64,000 bases of DNA from Guillardia theta CCMP2712 (GCF_000315625.1 NW_005434626.1:259448-323447); one strand, 5' to 3'. Shown: positions 36,500-49,428, counted from the stretch's first letter. Translations and numbers: made by a program. Notes: generated from the letters alone by a model not told the origin.

Positions 36500-38488
36500 A
36501 TGCCGGCGCGGCGGCAGCGCCCGCAGAGTCGGAGGGAGAGCAATGAATCTGCTCTGTCAGCGCGGCAGCAGAGGGAGAGCAATGAATCTGCTCTGTCAGC
36601 GCGGCAGCAGAGGGAGAGCAATGAATCTGCTCTGTCAGCGCGGCAGCAGAGGGAGAGCAATGAATCTTCTCTGTCAGCGCGGCAGCAGAGGGAGGGGGAG
36701 CGGGGACCTGGGAGCAGAGAGTTTGACTCTCATGCCAGCAGGCTCGAAGCTCTACAGAGAGAGTTCGAAGCTTTCAGGCTAGATGACGTCCGCCAGAGGG
36801 TTGAAGCGTTGGAGGAGAGTAGTATTCGCCAGAAACAGACTATTGAAGCATTGAAGAAAGACATCGCCCGCCAGAAAGAAGAATCAGACAAGCGGATAGA
36901 AGCGTTGGAGGAGAGTAGTCTATTGAAGCCTTGAAGAAAGATAATCATCGCCACAAGAAGACTATTAAAGCCTTGGAGGCTTTCAAGGAAAAGCAAAATA
37001 TAGTGAAGAAAATGCGATTCGGTGTTTTTGACGACCTTTCTTCTGGTTGTGTCGAGCTTCCAAATGCTCCTGCTGTATTGGACAAATTTGTTTGCGTTGC
37101 TTTCTGCCAACATGCATCAAGACTACTTGCCAATGATTGCTTTAAGGCTGTGAAAGCATCAGACTATAAATATTGCAAGAGGGCCCGCCCCAAAGGTTAC
37201 CCCACAGAGAGAGCTTTTGACTTGAATGGTTGTAAGGTGAAATCATCAGTGATAGAAGCTTCGCACTTGCTCCCGCACAGCCATTCATGTCGGATGGACT
37301 GGGCAGCTACTTTGCAGCATACCCTTCCCGAGGACTTGCGGCGGTCGGAAGACGTGGTTCAGAAGATTTTGTTCGGGTGTATCGATCAGGACCGTAACTA
37401 CATACCGGGCATTGCGGAAAGTTATTTCAACTTCATCTACCTTGCTGGGCAGCGTATGCACTTAGATCAAAAAGCGGCTCTGATGTTGCTTCCGCTTCTA
37501 TCTCCCCAGCAGCAATGCGAGTGGAACGGCGAAGGGTACCAAGCGATCTTAATCTGTGCAAATCAAGAAGTTTATCATGAAACTTTGTTTAGACTTGATA
37601 CTGAAGCAATCGGAGAGAATGAGTCAGGGCACGATCAAGTCTCACCGTGGCAGGTTGGAGAGGAGTCTCGTCTCAAGGAGATCTGCGAGCCGATGAGGGA
37701 GAATTATTTGATTCCCAGGTTGTATCCAGGTAATGCTGTATGTATTTGTAGACCGTACCAATGAGCCGCATCTTCTACATGACATGGAGAAACTTCATCA
37801 GGCTCTCGAGCACATCGAGACACTAATGAATGACGTTTGTGCGATTCAGTGCGGTCAAGAAAGCCTCAAAAACCTACAGCAGAGAGCCGGAATCTGGACC
37901 AAAGGCTCAGAGTCGACACGGCGTTGGAATCTAACCAAGGTTACTAGCTGTGATTTTCTCAGGGACAAGCTGAGAAGAGAGAAGATGGTGAAGGCATTCA
38001 AGGGACTGGAATCTGAAACCGATGAGATTGCATGTTTTCGCTTAATAAGGTTCAAAGGGAGCAGTCCCGAAGAGGAAGCTGAAAAACTTCACACGGCTCC
38101 GCATCCAGTTCTTCTCTCGCTTCGTTCGATGAACGCAATCACGAATCACTTTTATGGAGATTTGCCAAACGGGGATACAAGTTTGCTTCTCATGTCCTGT
38201 TACAGCGGCCTGGACGAAGGGATGGAATTCGACTGCGAGCATTGCTTACAAAACGCGTTTGGCCAGGAATATGACGAGGAGGAGAAATATATCATGGGAC
38301 CTGATGGGCCTGAGATTCTGTCTTGCGATTCAAATTCTGTAAGGAGTTCAGAGAACAGTCCCGAGGTATCGCTGTGTTCGGCCGCAAAGCTTTGTGGGTC
38401 TGATGCAAGCGCATCTTCCAACACGAGTCAAGATTCGGAGAATAGCGCCGCGAGCACTGTTCCTAGGGACCTATTTGGTGACTCCTGA
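36500..38488 (+). pseudogene. Coiled-coil + HNH-like endonuclease gene interrupted by a frameshift at about 36919 and an intron or second frameshift at about 37650-37750
   Basis: Three overlapping + ORFs (36446-36934, 36931-37764, 37733-38488). IEASHLLPH...NFIYL....HLD and C-terminal PHPVLLSL resemble the HNH_2-type EAAHIIP...N.L.L...H..FD...P.P.LL pattern. Confidence 0.55.
36532..36694 (+). repeat. 39-bp coding tandem repeat x4 (RESNESALSARQQ)
   Basis: GAGGGAGAGCAATGAATCTGCTCTGTCAGCGCGGCAGCA near-identical in four copies. Confidence 0.95.
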
Positions 38489-38584
38489 CAGAGGCCCGGT
38501 GCCCATGATGAAGAATCTGTACCTAGAAAAATAGATCATTACAGTTTTACCGCCTCCTGCCGCGCCGACTCTGAAGGCCCTGTT

Positions 38585-39028
38585 TCATGTACGTCCCTGA
38601 TGCTTCAGGCTCGGCGGGATGAGTCGGGTTTTCGGTCCATACTTCTCCTTGACAAGTTCAACGAAACCATGATTGAAGCACTCTGAATAGTTCTCATGGT
38701 CGATACCAATATGAGTACTGAAATTTGCAAGTCTTCTGCCCATTCTCTCCATGGCCAACATGACTGCTTTTGTTTGCAAAGATTCTTCATGTTGGAACAC
38801 ACTAGCTCTGTTCCTTCCAAACGTTTGAGTGGACCAATGCGCCTTGAGGTACACGATGTTCCATTCCTCCCCATGTAAACGGTTCACCTTCTATCAGTGT
38901 GCCTGAAATTTCTTGCAGTTCCCCTCCACCCCCTCTCCTTGTCACTTCCTCAGGACCATGCATCCTTCTCGACGTCTGAAGTCCTTGAAGTTCAGAATCA
39001 TGATCCACTTGAAACTGTCTTCACCCAT
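38585..39028 (-). CDS. Small orphan protein (about 125 aa, probably two exons), convergent with the HNH-like gene
   Basis: MGEDSFKWIMILNFKDFRRREGCM|gt..ctgatagaag|VNRLHGEEWNIVYLKAHW...KHQGRT*; complex, globular-looking composition. Confidence 0.4.
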
Positions 39029-39323
39029 GTTGTACACAGATTTGAAAATAATCTTCAATCATGATTCTTGGCTGATATAAGTGCCATTTAGTAGGCCAGT
39101 AATTGAGCCACACAGGCTGCTACCGCCCACACCGGCCCGGCGACGGTGAATTAATGATGACTTCTCAGGCCGCGACAGTCGGCCCGGGGCCGGCCGCATC
39201 GCCACGATCATATGATCGGATGCACTGCCCGATCCCTTGTCATATGGCCTTGTGTTGTTGAAATTTCTTTCAAGGCGAACGACATCACAGAAGCATCCCT
39301 CTCGCGGCCGCAGACCTGTCCTC

Positions 39324-40392
39324 CTAGGGGCGACTTGCTTGTCCACATCTCTCCTTCTCGCCGTCTATCCCCTCTTCGGGGGCTGAAGTCTGAAGTTCAT
39401 GCGTAGACTTGCCTTCATCTCTCTCCGCAAAGTCATTCATCATCATACGTCGCTCGCTCTCAGCACTGCCATTGTTGTCAGTCTACTTTCCTCTGCTCTC
39501 GTTCTCTGGCCGAACCTCAACAGTCATTCATGGCCGCCACAGAGGAGGAAGTCTGCCATCGCCGCCAACGGAGGAACATCTTCCGCAGCGCAAGGAGGGA
39601 GAGCACGACCATGCAGAGTCCAGCAAAGACAATAAGGGGCCAGTGTTCCATCAGCACCGCACGCTCTTCCCGGGAGGATGCCTGCCAGACCAACCAAGGG
39701 GTTATCACCTGTAGACGAGTGTCAGCTGGAGCGAAGCCACCAAGGCAGGAGGTCACAACATCAAGGGGTTGGAAGCTCGAGCAAGCAATTCAACGTGTGT
39801 TTCGGAGGTTCAGAGGATAGAGAGAAAGGACACATGCACCCGCGTGAGCGCAGTTTGAGGATAGAGGCAGTAATTAACATTGGGCACGAACCATCATCGT
39901 CAAGGTTAGGATGAGACTGAAGCATTCGAAGTAGCTTTCACAGCTACGAGACGACAGAAGCTTTCGAGGCGTCAACTCGAACTTGTGCTCGATCTTCACG
40001 GCATACTGTTCACGACAAACTTCGCAACGGAGGACCGGAGTCCCTCCCTGAGTGAATGCAGTCAAACCAGGCAGATGAACCAGAACCAACCACCTGGTGA
40101 TCTGACAACCGAGAAAGAGAGTTGTTCGGCCTGGACTGAAGCCATTTCTGTAAGCACGGCAGATGTACGTACTGGCACGATCCCTTGCAGCGACAAACTC
40201 GAAGGAGCTTCCCATCCTCTTGGCCCCCCTTACATATCCTGCACTCCGTTGTGTTTGACTGCAAGGCACCAGTATCACCAGACTTGTCACATAACAATCA
40301 TCGGGAGCGAGCTGCAGCCATCACACGCTGTGGCTACAGAAAGTAGTGACTGAGCATAGGGGACGTACCTCCAGCATGTCGTCCGATGTCAT
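39324..40392 (-). CDS. RING-CH (RINGv, MARCH-like) E3 ubiquitin ligase with C-terminal TM segments; 3' end approximate
   Basis: CRIC...LLRVCRCKGSCQYVHLPCLQKW...RCEVCREQY (C4HC3), followed by hydrophobic segments (WPLIVFAGLCMVVLSLLAL). Confidence 0.85.
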
Positions 40393-40723
40393 TCGGAGGG
40401 AGGGAGCGGAGTGAGGAGGCACGCGGGAGATAGCATCTCCCTGAGAGGCAGGGGCAGGACAGGACAGGGGATGTTGTGGAGGAGGAGGGGGGACGGGAGG
40501 GACGGGGGCAGGCGGCTGTTGAACGCCATGGCCCACCATTGCAACACAGTACGAGTCCGCCTCACTACCATCCTCGGAAAAGGAACGTTGTTCTGAGCCT
40601 GCCTCGGACCAGTACTGAATGTTTAGTTAATTTCTCAGTAAGTGTGAGTGGGGATGTGGTCCAGTGGGGTGCAGGGCCTACGGTAACGGCTGTAATGCCG
40701 CGGGGCCAAGGCGATCAGGAGGA

Positions 40724-40808
40724 GGGAGGGAGGGGAGGGAGGGGAGGGAGGGGAGGGAGGGGAGGGAGGGGAGGGAGGGGAGGGAGGGGAGGGAGGGGAG
40801 GGAGGGGA
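40724..40808. repeat. (GGGAGGGAG)n 9-bp tandem repeat in a divergent promoter region
   Basis: Direct reading, about 9 copies. Confidence 0.9.
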
Positions 40809-41229
40809 GCGCGATTGAGCAGCAAGTGAAGATGAGCAGAGATGTAGACCGTGACCCGGATAAGAAGTAGAGCCGTGAGATAATGCCAGGGAGCTTGAAT
40901 GGCGAGCTGGATCGTCGGAGGTTGAAGTGACTGGCACTACAGTTGCAGCACGGGCAGTGAAGCGTTTTGAGATGGTGTGGGGAGCTGCTCACAAGAGAAT
41001 TGTTGATAGTTCCAAAAAACTATCAAGTGAAGTCAAAAGGAGCTGCGAGCTGTGAGAGTGGAGATTTGACTTGATGTCTTGTTGAAGTGGAGGGTTTCCA
41101 ACATGTTGGACCAGCCATGATCTTTTAGAGCAACAATCGACTGTACAGATCTTTTGAATGACATGTGAATCAAAGATTGATGTTTCTGACGCGTTCAACA
41201 GGTTTTGTCGGTGAAGGGAACAAAGGAAA

Positions 41230-42784
41230 ATGCCGAAGAAAGGAAAGAAAGCCAAGGTAGTCGAAACCCCAGAAGAAAGGGCGCTGCGGGAGGCAACTGA
41301 GAAGCTCAAGGCGGAAGAAGACAGGAGGAGGAAGGAGGAAGGCATGCGGAGGAAGCTGATGGAGGACATGGCTCAGGAATCTCGATTCTCGAAGCTCAAC
41401 CTAGCCAAGATTCAGAACCAGTGAGCGAGCAACTCGATGCACGCCCTCGTCTGACGTTGCTGCTGCGTGCAGGTGGAGGAAGCTGATGAGGCTGTCAAAG
41501 GTTGAGTCGCTGAGGAAGGACATCGAGATCATGTCGCAGAACCATGAGCGAGAGGTCGACATGAAGGACGCGATCATCCAGATGCTCGACCGGGACCTGG
41601 ACGATGCCGAGGAGCAGTACCAGATTGCTCTCCGCAGCCATCTGCAGAACGTGGATACGCTGATAGACCTCTACAACTCAAAAGTGAGGCAGCTGGAGAA
41701 GGAGTTCGAGGAGGAGGTGCTCCAGATTCAGAGTGACTTCCAGACGGAGAGGACCGACCTGGTGAGCAAGCACACGCGCGCCAAGGGCGAGCTGTCGGAG
41801 GTCATCGACCTTGTAGATCAGCAGTTCAGAGACAGCGAGCTGGAAGCGAAGCAGGACTTCGACTCCTACTGCGAGGAGCTCAAGAACAAGAACCTGGAGG
41901 ACAGGAATGTGCTCAAGATCATGCTCGAGTCGCAGATCGAGGGGCTGGAGAATCATTTCGCCAACGCGGCTGAGACGTACGACCAGACGACGAGGCAGCG
42001 GACGCAGCAGTTTCGCAACCTGACGGCGAAAGATCGCAATGCAGCTCAAACCATTGAGATGCAGCTCAAGCGGCTGCAGAGGCTGCAGGACACGCTGTCG
42101 CACTGGCGCATGAAGATCGCGAGCAACGTCAAGGAGTGCGAGGAGAGGAACCGGCTGATGCGGGAGGAGCGCGACCAGATCTCGCGTCACTTCCAGGAGC
42201 TGAAGCTGCGCATGAACAAGATGCGAGACGAGCAGAGCGCGCGGCTGATGGAGCTGAGCCTTCAGAGCAGGAAGTGCATCCAGACGCTGGAGAACCAGAA
42301 GAAGCGAGCAGAGACGATCTTGAGGTACGCCGAGCTCAACCGTAAGCTGGAGACGGAGCGAGAGAAGATCCTCCCCTTCTATCCCATCACTGCCATCGGC
42401 GATGACCCCAGCATCCCCGAGGAGCTCGCGACTGAGGCCCGCGCTATGTCGAGCTATGCGCTGGGACACGACGGAAAGCAGGTGGAGGAGTGGAGCTACC
42501 TGGACGTGTTCTTCAGGAGGTACAACCGCGTCCTGCTGGACAGAGTGGCGATCGCCAAGGAGAAGGAGAGGCTGAGGAACGAGAACGAGGACCTCAAGAG
42601 CATCCTCAAGCAGTACCTCGACGGTATCTCCGTCAACGCTCAAGTGCTCTCCGACCCCAACCCGCTCTTCGTCCTCAACAACCGAACTAACATCCAGAAG
42701 CGCCCTTTCCCCTCCGAGCAGTACATCCCCGTTCAGAACGCCAACGTGGTGGTGAACCAGCGGAGCATGATGGAGAGAAATTAA
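41230..42784 (+). CDS. DRC2: Dynein regulatory complex subunit 2 (CCDC65); intron 41422-41472
   Basis: SKLNLAKIQNQ/WRKLMR..KVESLRKDIEIMSQNHEREVDMKDAIIQML..DLDDAEEQY, LETEREKILPF, F.RRYNRVLLD, LKQYLDGISV...L..PNPL. Confidence 0.93.
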
Positions 42785-42874
42785 GAGGCGAAGGAAGAGA
42801 CGGTCCAAGATAGGAGCTGAGGGAACTTGTTTGTTGTTATCAAGTATACAACATGGTGATCATTACATGGCGCG

Positions 42875-45521
42875 TTAGGCAGAGCCCTTGTTCGCCAGCA
42901 TTGCTTTGATCTCCTTCACACGTCTGATGCAGTCTTTGTCGCTCTTCCCCGGCACTTTCTCTGCGATCGCCTTCCACTTCTCCTTCGCCTCCAGCGTGCT
43001 AGATTTGAACTCTGCCATGGCGGCTTCCAGAGCACGCTGAAGCACCCACAGTCACTCCTCCTCCTCCTCCTCCTCCTCCTCCTTCCGTGCTGTAACACCT
43101 GGCTCCCTTCCATCCCTCCCCTCTCACACCCCCTCCAGCTTCCCTGATTGCACTCTCTCCCACTTTACATGCAGAAGTTACCTGCTGCTCGACGCTCCAA
43201 TCCGACTCAGCCGCTGGCTTCGGCTCCTCCTTCGCCTGCTCCTCCTTCGCCTCCTTCGCCTCCTCGTCTTGGCGCGAAGTTTCTCTTTCAGATACGACTG
43301 AAGTGCCGCTAGTCTTCTTTCCCGCTCCCTGAGGTGTTCCATTAGTCGCTCCCACGATAACGATGCTGATAATTGTGAAGATGAAGATGATGAAGATGAT
43401 GAAGATGAAGATGAAGATGAAGATGAAGAAGATGATGATAATGAAGATATGAAGGCCGCAAGGACGATGGTTTTTGATGTTTGCAGTTAAGGGTGTGCAA
43501 GGGACAAAGACAAACATCAGACAGTGTCTTGCAACAACTCACCGATCGGCTTCCATGACCCTTCTGCGCCTCTGCTTTACTCCTCTGAAATTCCAGCTGT
43601 GAAGGAGTGAGAACCAGCCAAACACTCTTCTTCTTTTCCTTCACTTCCCCTGTCCCCCTCTCCCCCCCCCCCCCTCCTCCTCCTCCTCCTCCTCCTCCTC
43701 TCACATCAGCATCTACGCTCATTCCAGCAGCGTTGGCCGAGAAGTTGTTCTTGAGCTCATGGCACTTTCGCTGACACTCCGCGTCGGATCTAGTCCCGAT
43801 GCTCTGCGCGATCTTGGTCCACCTCTGCGAGGCAACGCGAGTCAGGAGGAAAACGCGCCTGCAGCTCCTCTTACCTCCGACGTGCCAGCAGGATAGCGAA
43901 TGAGCGCCTTGTGCAGCAAGTCCATCTCCTCCCTCGACCACTTCCTTTCCTTGCTCCCTTCCTTCTTCTGCTTCAGCTGAGCAAGGAGGCTGTCCCCGGC
44001 CTCCTCCTTCTTGGCTTCTTGCTGCGCCTGACCGGACGAGATCTTGAGCTTCTCAAGAGCCTCCGAGAGGATGGGAATCGCTTCGTCGTTCCCTCCCTTC
44101 ACTTGCGCAATCCTCTCGGCCAGCTGCAACAGCTCATCCTCGCTCAGCGTCCCTGCCTTACCCGTCACGTCTGAGGCCTCGCAAGCTTCCTGAACTTTCA
44201 CGGACGCGATCCCATCCAGCCCGGCGGTTTCAGCCGCATCTCTCAAAGCCTTTCGAGCCCTTTTGAGGGATTTCTTAGCCGCGTCCTTGGCCTCTTTCTC
44301 TATCTTCCTCCTCTCAGCCTCCTCCTCCTCCGCCTTCTTCTTGGCAGCTGCCTCCTCCTCCGCTCGCTTCTTTGCCTCCTCCTCAGCCTTCCTCTGATCA
44401 GCATACTTGGCCTGCTTCGACGCCTTCTTGGCATTCTTGAGGTCCTCCTTGTACTTCTGAATCCTGGGGTCCCACTTGTGACAGGTCTCGATGATCATGT
44501 TGATCCGTCGCGTCTCGTCCTTCTTCAGCTTCTCCGCCTGCTTCTTGTTCTGCCTCTCCATCCACCTCCGCTCCTCTCGGCAAGATGCCTCGTCCAAGTC
44601 GAACGCCTCCTCGATGTCGTTAGTGAAGTCCCGCCAGGACTCGAAGTTGAACCAAGCCTCGTACACCTCCAGCACCGTCTCTATCGGGGTCTTGGCGTCT
44701 CCCAGGGAGGGCAGCGGCTTCAGCGACCAGCGAGCATTGCGATCGAGCACAGGGCCCCACGTCTTGAAGAAGTCTTCATCGTCCTTGGGCTTCTTGTCGG
44801 CAGGGACGCTGTCGTCAATGTCGGCCTGCATGTCCTTGGAGTCGTACGCCCTTCGCTTTTGCGGATCAGACAGGACAGCCATGGCGTTGGAGAGCGCCTT
44901 GAAAGCTTGATCAGCTTCAGTCTCGTTGCTGGACATGCCCTCCTTCACCCTTCTGATCCTTGAGATCTTCTCCTCCGGATTCTCCAAACCCTTGGGACAG
45001 ACGTCGTTGCCTTCGACGAACTCGACGAACTGATAGTTCTTGAGGATCTGAGCATCGCTCTTGTTCTGGTCGATGAGCTTCTCCACCAGCTTGATAACAT
45101 CAGTCGGGATGTCCTTGAGCTCCTCCGAGTCGACCTCCTCCAAGCTCTGATCCCCGCTCTCCTTGCTCGCCTCCTGCTGGTTCAGCTTGTCGGGGTGATA
45201 CTTGAGCACGCATTGGCGGTAAGCCTTCTTGATGTCCTGCTGTGAAGCTCTCCAGCGAAGGTCCTGCAAGCCCAACATCCTGTACAGATCCTCCTTGTCG
45301 TCCATCGAGGCCATGGCGGCGAAGTCCACGCTCTTCCCGCGCGAGGTCGGATCGTCCACCTCGCCAGCGCCTTTGTTGGGCTCATCGCCCTTGTGCAGGA
45401 GCTCATGGAGCGCCCGACCAGCCTTGATCACGATGACGCGGTTGGGAAAACCCGAGAGTCCCCGACAAGAGGAGGGGGACGGAGGACTGGCTGGGCCAGG
45501 AGGAAGCAGAAATTCGACCAT
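42875..45521 (-). CDS. DNAJC2: DnaJ homolog subfamily C member 2 (zuotin/MPP11): J domain, ZHD and two SANT domains
   Basis: DLYRMLGL..LRWRA...IKKAYR..VLKYHPDK, RNARWS, WFNFESWRDF, REERRWMERQN, DPRI. SANT1 WSREEMDLLHKALIRYP..RWTKIA and SANT2 WSVEQQ..KWKAIAEKVPGKSDKDCIRRVKE. Confidence 0.93.
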
Positions 45522-46291
45522 CCTTCCAAGTTTGCTCTCAAGTCAGCGAGTATCCCTCCTGCTGGTGTGTTGTATCCCTCTACTCTTCCCTTCGTCTCAC
45601 AGCTGCTCTCCTGTGCTCTCTCGCAGCCTCTCGCTCCTCTCCTCTCGCTCCGCTCCCCCTTCACTTCCCGTCTCCCGACATGCCACGTGCGGAGCACAAA
45701 TACTTCTCTGGTCTTCCATCATCCTGGTTACTCCTTCACTTCCTCCCATCCATGCATGTGACATAGTCAATAGCCAATATCTGTAGTCAATATGTTAAGG
45801 TATTCTAGTCAATTTTCGGTTTTGAAATTCGGTTGCCATGGCGGGAGCAGGGGACAGGCGGCGGCAGAAGAGGAGGGGAAAGAGAGGAAGGAGAGGAGAG
45901 GAAGGGAGAGGAGAGAGAGTCAAAGATAGTACGAGATGTCGAGAGACTTGTTTGTGAAATGAAGAGATCAAGAGAGGAGAGAGCGAGTTGAAGGCAATGG
46001 GAGAGGGAGAGAAACTGAGATAGGAGGAGCCATCATGATAGTGGAGATGGAACTGCAGCGGAGGAGACTGCATGCGAGCGAGCAATATTAAGTAGGGAAG
46101 ATAAGTGTTGTAAACAATAAGTTGAAGCGTACAGAAAGAAGTTTACAGGGACAGGGGGAGAGCAGATGGTTTCCATTCGTCACAGCAAACTGATGCACAA
46201 GATGTTTTGAAGAAGAATCTTGTCCTGCCCATGTTCGACTCCTCATGAGCAGTCAGAGCTGATGTTTTTCTTGCAGTTGTTACTATAGCGC

Positions 46292-47969
46292 ATGTCTGTG
46301 AGGAGGACGGTAAGTTTTCTGCCATCGAACTCTTCCCGACGTCTAATGACTCGCACTTTCTTCACCCCTAGGCAAGTCGAGGAGAGGCAGCGGAGGAGGA
46401 TGGGGGAGACGAAGGCTCTCGAGCTCCATCAGCAGCAGGAGGAGAAGGAGGACTGGAGGCGCCGAACCCAGCTGTGCTCATGCCGGACATCTTGGAGAAG
46501 TTGAAATTGTTGGGGTACGAGGAGTTTGCGGACGAGCATGTGGAGCGATGGAGGCTGCATGCGGCTTACTTCGTGGTCCCTCACCCCAAGCCGAACGAGC
46601 AATTCTTCTTCTTCACCTCTCTCTTTGCCTGGCTGATGAAGCTGAATCGGTTCAACTTTGCGAAGCCTGATAGGGTGACGATTTTCTTTCCTTCCTGCAC
46701 CTGCACTTCTCCTCTCTCCTTTCCCTCTTCACCTCCTCTTGTCTCCTCCCCCCTCCCCCCCTTCTTCCCTCCTCCCTCCTCCCTCCTCCCTCCTCCCTCC
46801 TCCCTCCTCCCTCCTCTCCTCTCTTTCCTTTCTCCAGCTCTTAATCCACATCTCGCTCACAGTTCGAAGACCCCAACATCACCACCCGCAACATCCTCGA
46901 GGGAGTGAAGAGAGCCAAGATCGCCTTCGACTACCCGGCAGCGAAGCTGAAGCAAGGACACGGCGAAGCTGTCTGTGTGCTCCTCAACCTCCTCTGCAAT
47001 GCTGCCATCGACGCCCAAGGTAGGCATTCGGAGGGAAGGAGCGAGGGAAGGGAAGAGAGGAGGGGAGCGAGCGAGGGAGAGAGGAGTTGTTCAGGTGCTG
47101 ACGTTCAAATGTGTAACAGGGATCCGCCTTGCTCCTCCTACTTATCCCTCCGATTCTTATCCCGAAGAGGCGCCAGTGGACGAGGAGGAAGAGGTGGGAA
47201 CGGACATTGCTGACACGGTGAGAGCAAGTTGGCGACTGGTCTTGTTCTGAACCCGAGCAGGTGGCGGTGAACGAGGAGGAGGAGGATGAGACGTACTCTG
47301 GCGCGATTGGATCTGTCGAGAGCAAGAGAGAGGAGGTGAGTCCGGATCGCGGCAGTCAGGTGGACTGTTGAGGAGGAGGACTGAATGTGCGGAGGCGAAA
47401 ATGAAGATGATGGAGTGAGGGCAGGGAGGAAGGAGGAGACTTGTGCAGAGATCGAAAAGGAAGAGGAAGGAGGGAGAGGCAGGAGGGGATGAGGAGAGGG
47501 AGAGGGAGAGAGGGAGAGGCAGGAACAAGAGTGGGAGGAGGTCGCTGCTGAAGTTGCAGCAGGTCTCACGGGAAAACAAGATTCTCGAGTCAGCAACGGA
47601 CCCGAATGCCTGGAAGGTGAGCAGAGAAGAGTCGGTTAGAGAGAAGCAGGGACGAAGAGGGGGAGACAGGAAGGGGAGGGGAGGGGAGGAGAGAGGAGTT
47701 GGACAGGGGTGAGAGCAGGAGAGGGGAGGGGAGGAGAGGGGAGGAGAGGGGAGTTGAACAGGGGTGGGAGCAGGGGAGGGGAGGGGAGGAGGGGGGAGTT
47801 GGACAGGGGTGGGAGCAGGAGAGGGTCTTTACAATCGTATGTGGCAGATTGAGGTGGAGAATGTTGCTCCCCTGTTGAAGATGAGGGTTGAGATCGACAA
47901 CAAGGAGTGGCGGACTCATCTTGGTCATAATTTCCTCACCCCTTCCCTCCCCTGCTCCCTCTTCCTACT

Positions 47970-48023
<54 letters not shown>

Positions 48024-49428
48024 CTATTCCTTCTCCCCGCCTTCCTTCCTCCTTCCTTTTCTTCCCGTCCACCAATGTCTCTTCTCCTACCGTCCACTCC
48101 CCTCCTCCCTTCTTCACTTGTTCTCTTTCTCTTCATCCTCCTTTCCAGCTGATCTCGTGCTGCCTTGACGTGCCATCTCTCACTCACTGACTCCCTCCAG
48201 AACAAACGAAAGAGCTGCAAGGAAACATCGAGAACAAAGTGAGTGTGGCTGATCCCTGCCTCCTCCCCCTCCCTCCTCCTCCTCCTCCTCCTCCTCCTCC
48301 CCCTCCCTCCTCCTCCTTCCTCCCTCCTCCCTCCCCCCCCCCCCTCCCTCCCCCTCCCCCTCCCCTCCTCCTCTTCCTCTTCCTCCTCCTCCTCCTCCTC
48401 CTCCTCCTCCTCTCTTGCTCTTCTGTCCTCATCTCTGTTTCTGCTTCGTCTTACTTGGACTCCCGTAGGTCCCGTCCACGCAGGATCATCTTGGCAAGTT
48501 GTCAAACACCATCCAACAGGTCGCCACGATGGGAGGAGGCGAGATGGGGGCAGGGAGGAGGAGGAGGAGGAGGAATGGAGAGCAGGCTGTGAAGAAAGGG
48601 CAGGGAGAAGCGCGGGGGGGAGGAAGGAGGATGAGTTCTCCTGACGTTTTTGCAGGCAATCGAAAGTATCAGCACGCGAGAGAAATATCTGAATTCACAG
48701 TACAAGAACTTGATGCAAGAATACCATGAGGTAAGGGAAATGAAGGAGTAAGAGGAGTTGGAGGTGGAGGAGGAAGGGAGGGAGAGGAGGGAGGGAGGGC
48801 GAAGAGGAAGGGGAGGGAGTGGTTGTTGGTTTGTGGTGGGAGGATGACATCTTGTGCAGGTGCAGGAGCAGTTGGAGGAGGTAACAAAGAAATTCGATGA
48901 GAGGAACAGAGACGTCTCGGAGCGGTCGAACCAGCTCACACAAATTACAGGTGAGAGGACAAGAGGGGGAAGAGAGAAGCAGAGGGGAGGAGAGAGGGAG
49001 AAGAGAGGAGGGGGGGACAGCAGGGGAGAGGACAGGTGCTGATGGTGTTGCAGAAAATCTCGAGCAGATAAAATCTCAGATGGACGAGCGAGGGGAGAGC
49101 ATGACGGATACGGTTCCGCTCCTCCTCCTCCTCCTCCTCCTCCTCCTCAACTTTTTCCCAGGGCCCCTTGGTGAAGCTGAAGGAAGCCATGAAGAAGGTG
49201 AAGAAGGAGATTAAGGTAAACCTTGTCCTCCTCCCCTGCTTCCGCTCTTGACGCCTCCTAGGACATGGACTTAAGGATCGGGACTGTTTCTCATACCCTC
49301 CTCCACATCCGCATGCAGCAGGTGCCTTGTCTCTCTTTCCTCCTCCTGTGCTGATACATGATGAGCAGGGGACGGTTGAAGATGAGAGGAATAAGTCAAG
49401 AGAGCGAGAGGAAGACGACGACGACTAA
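46292..49428 (+). CDS. IFT57: Intraflagellar transport protein 57 (Hippi); many exons
   Basis: MPDILEKLKLLGYE, PNEQFFFFTSLFAWL, FEDPN, KLKQGHGEAVC, ES.TDPNAWK/IEVENVAPLLK, DNKEWRTHL, ESISTREKYLN, MDERGESMTD..PLVKLK, DMDLRIG. Confidence 0.93.

Noticed and set aside
35986-39160. Terminal inverted repeats or target-site duplication bounding the nuclease island
   Set aside because: Only weak ATTAA/GCCGGG similarity between the ends; no convincing TIR, TSD or transposase motif seen
41678-42808. 376-aa antisense ORF over DRC2, and similar shadows at 12246-12998, 31264-32040, 44478-44963 and 50342-51274
   Set aside because: Expected mirror frames of GC3-rich, codon-biased genes; L/V/H-rich with no domain
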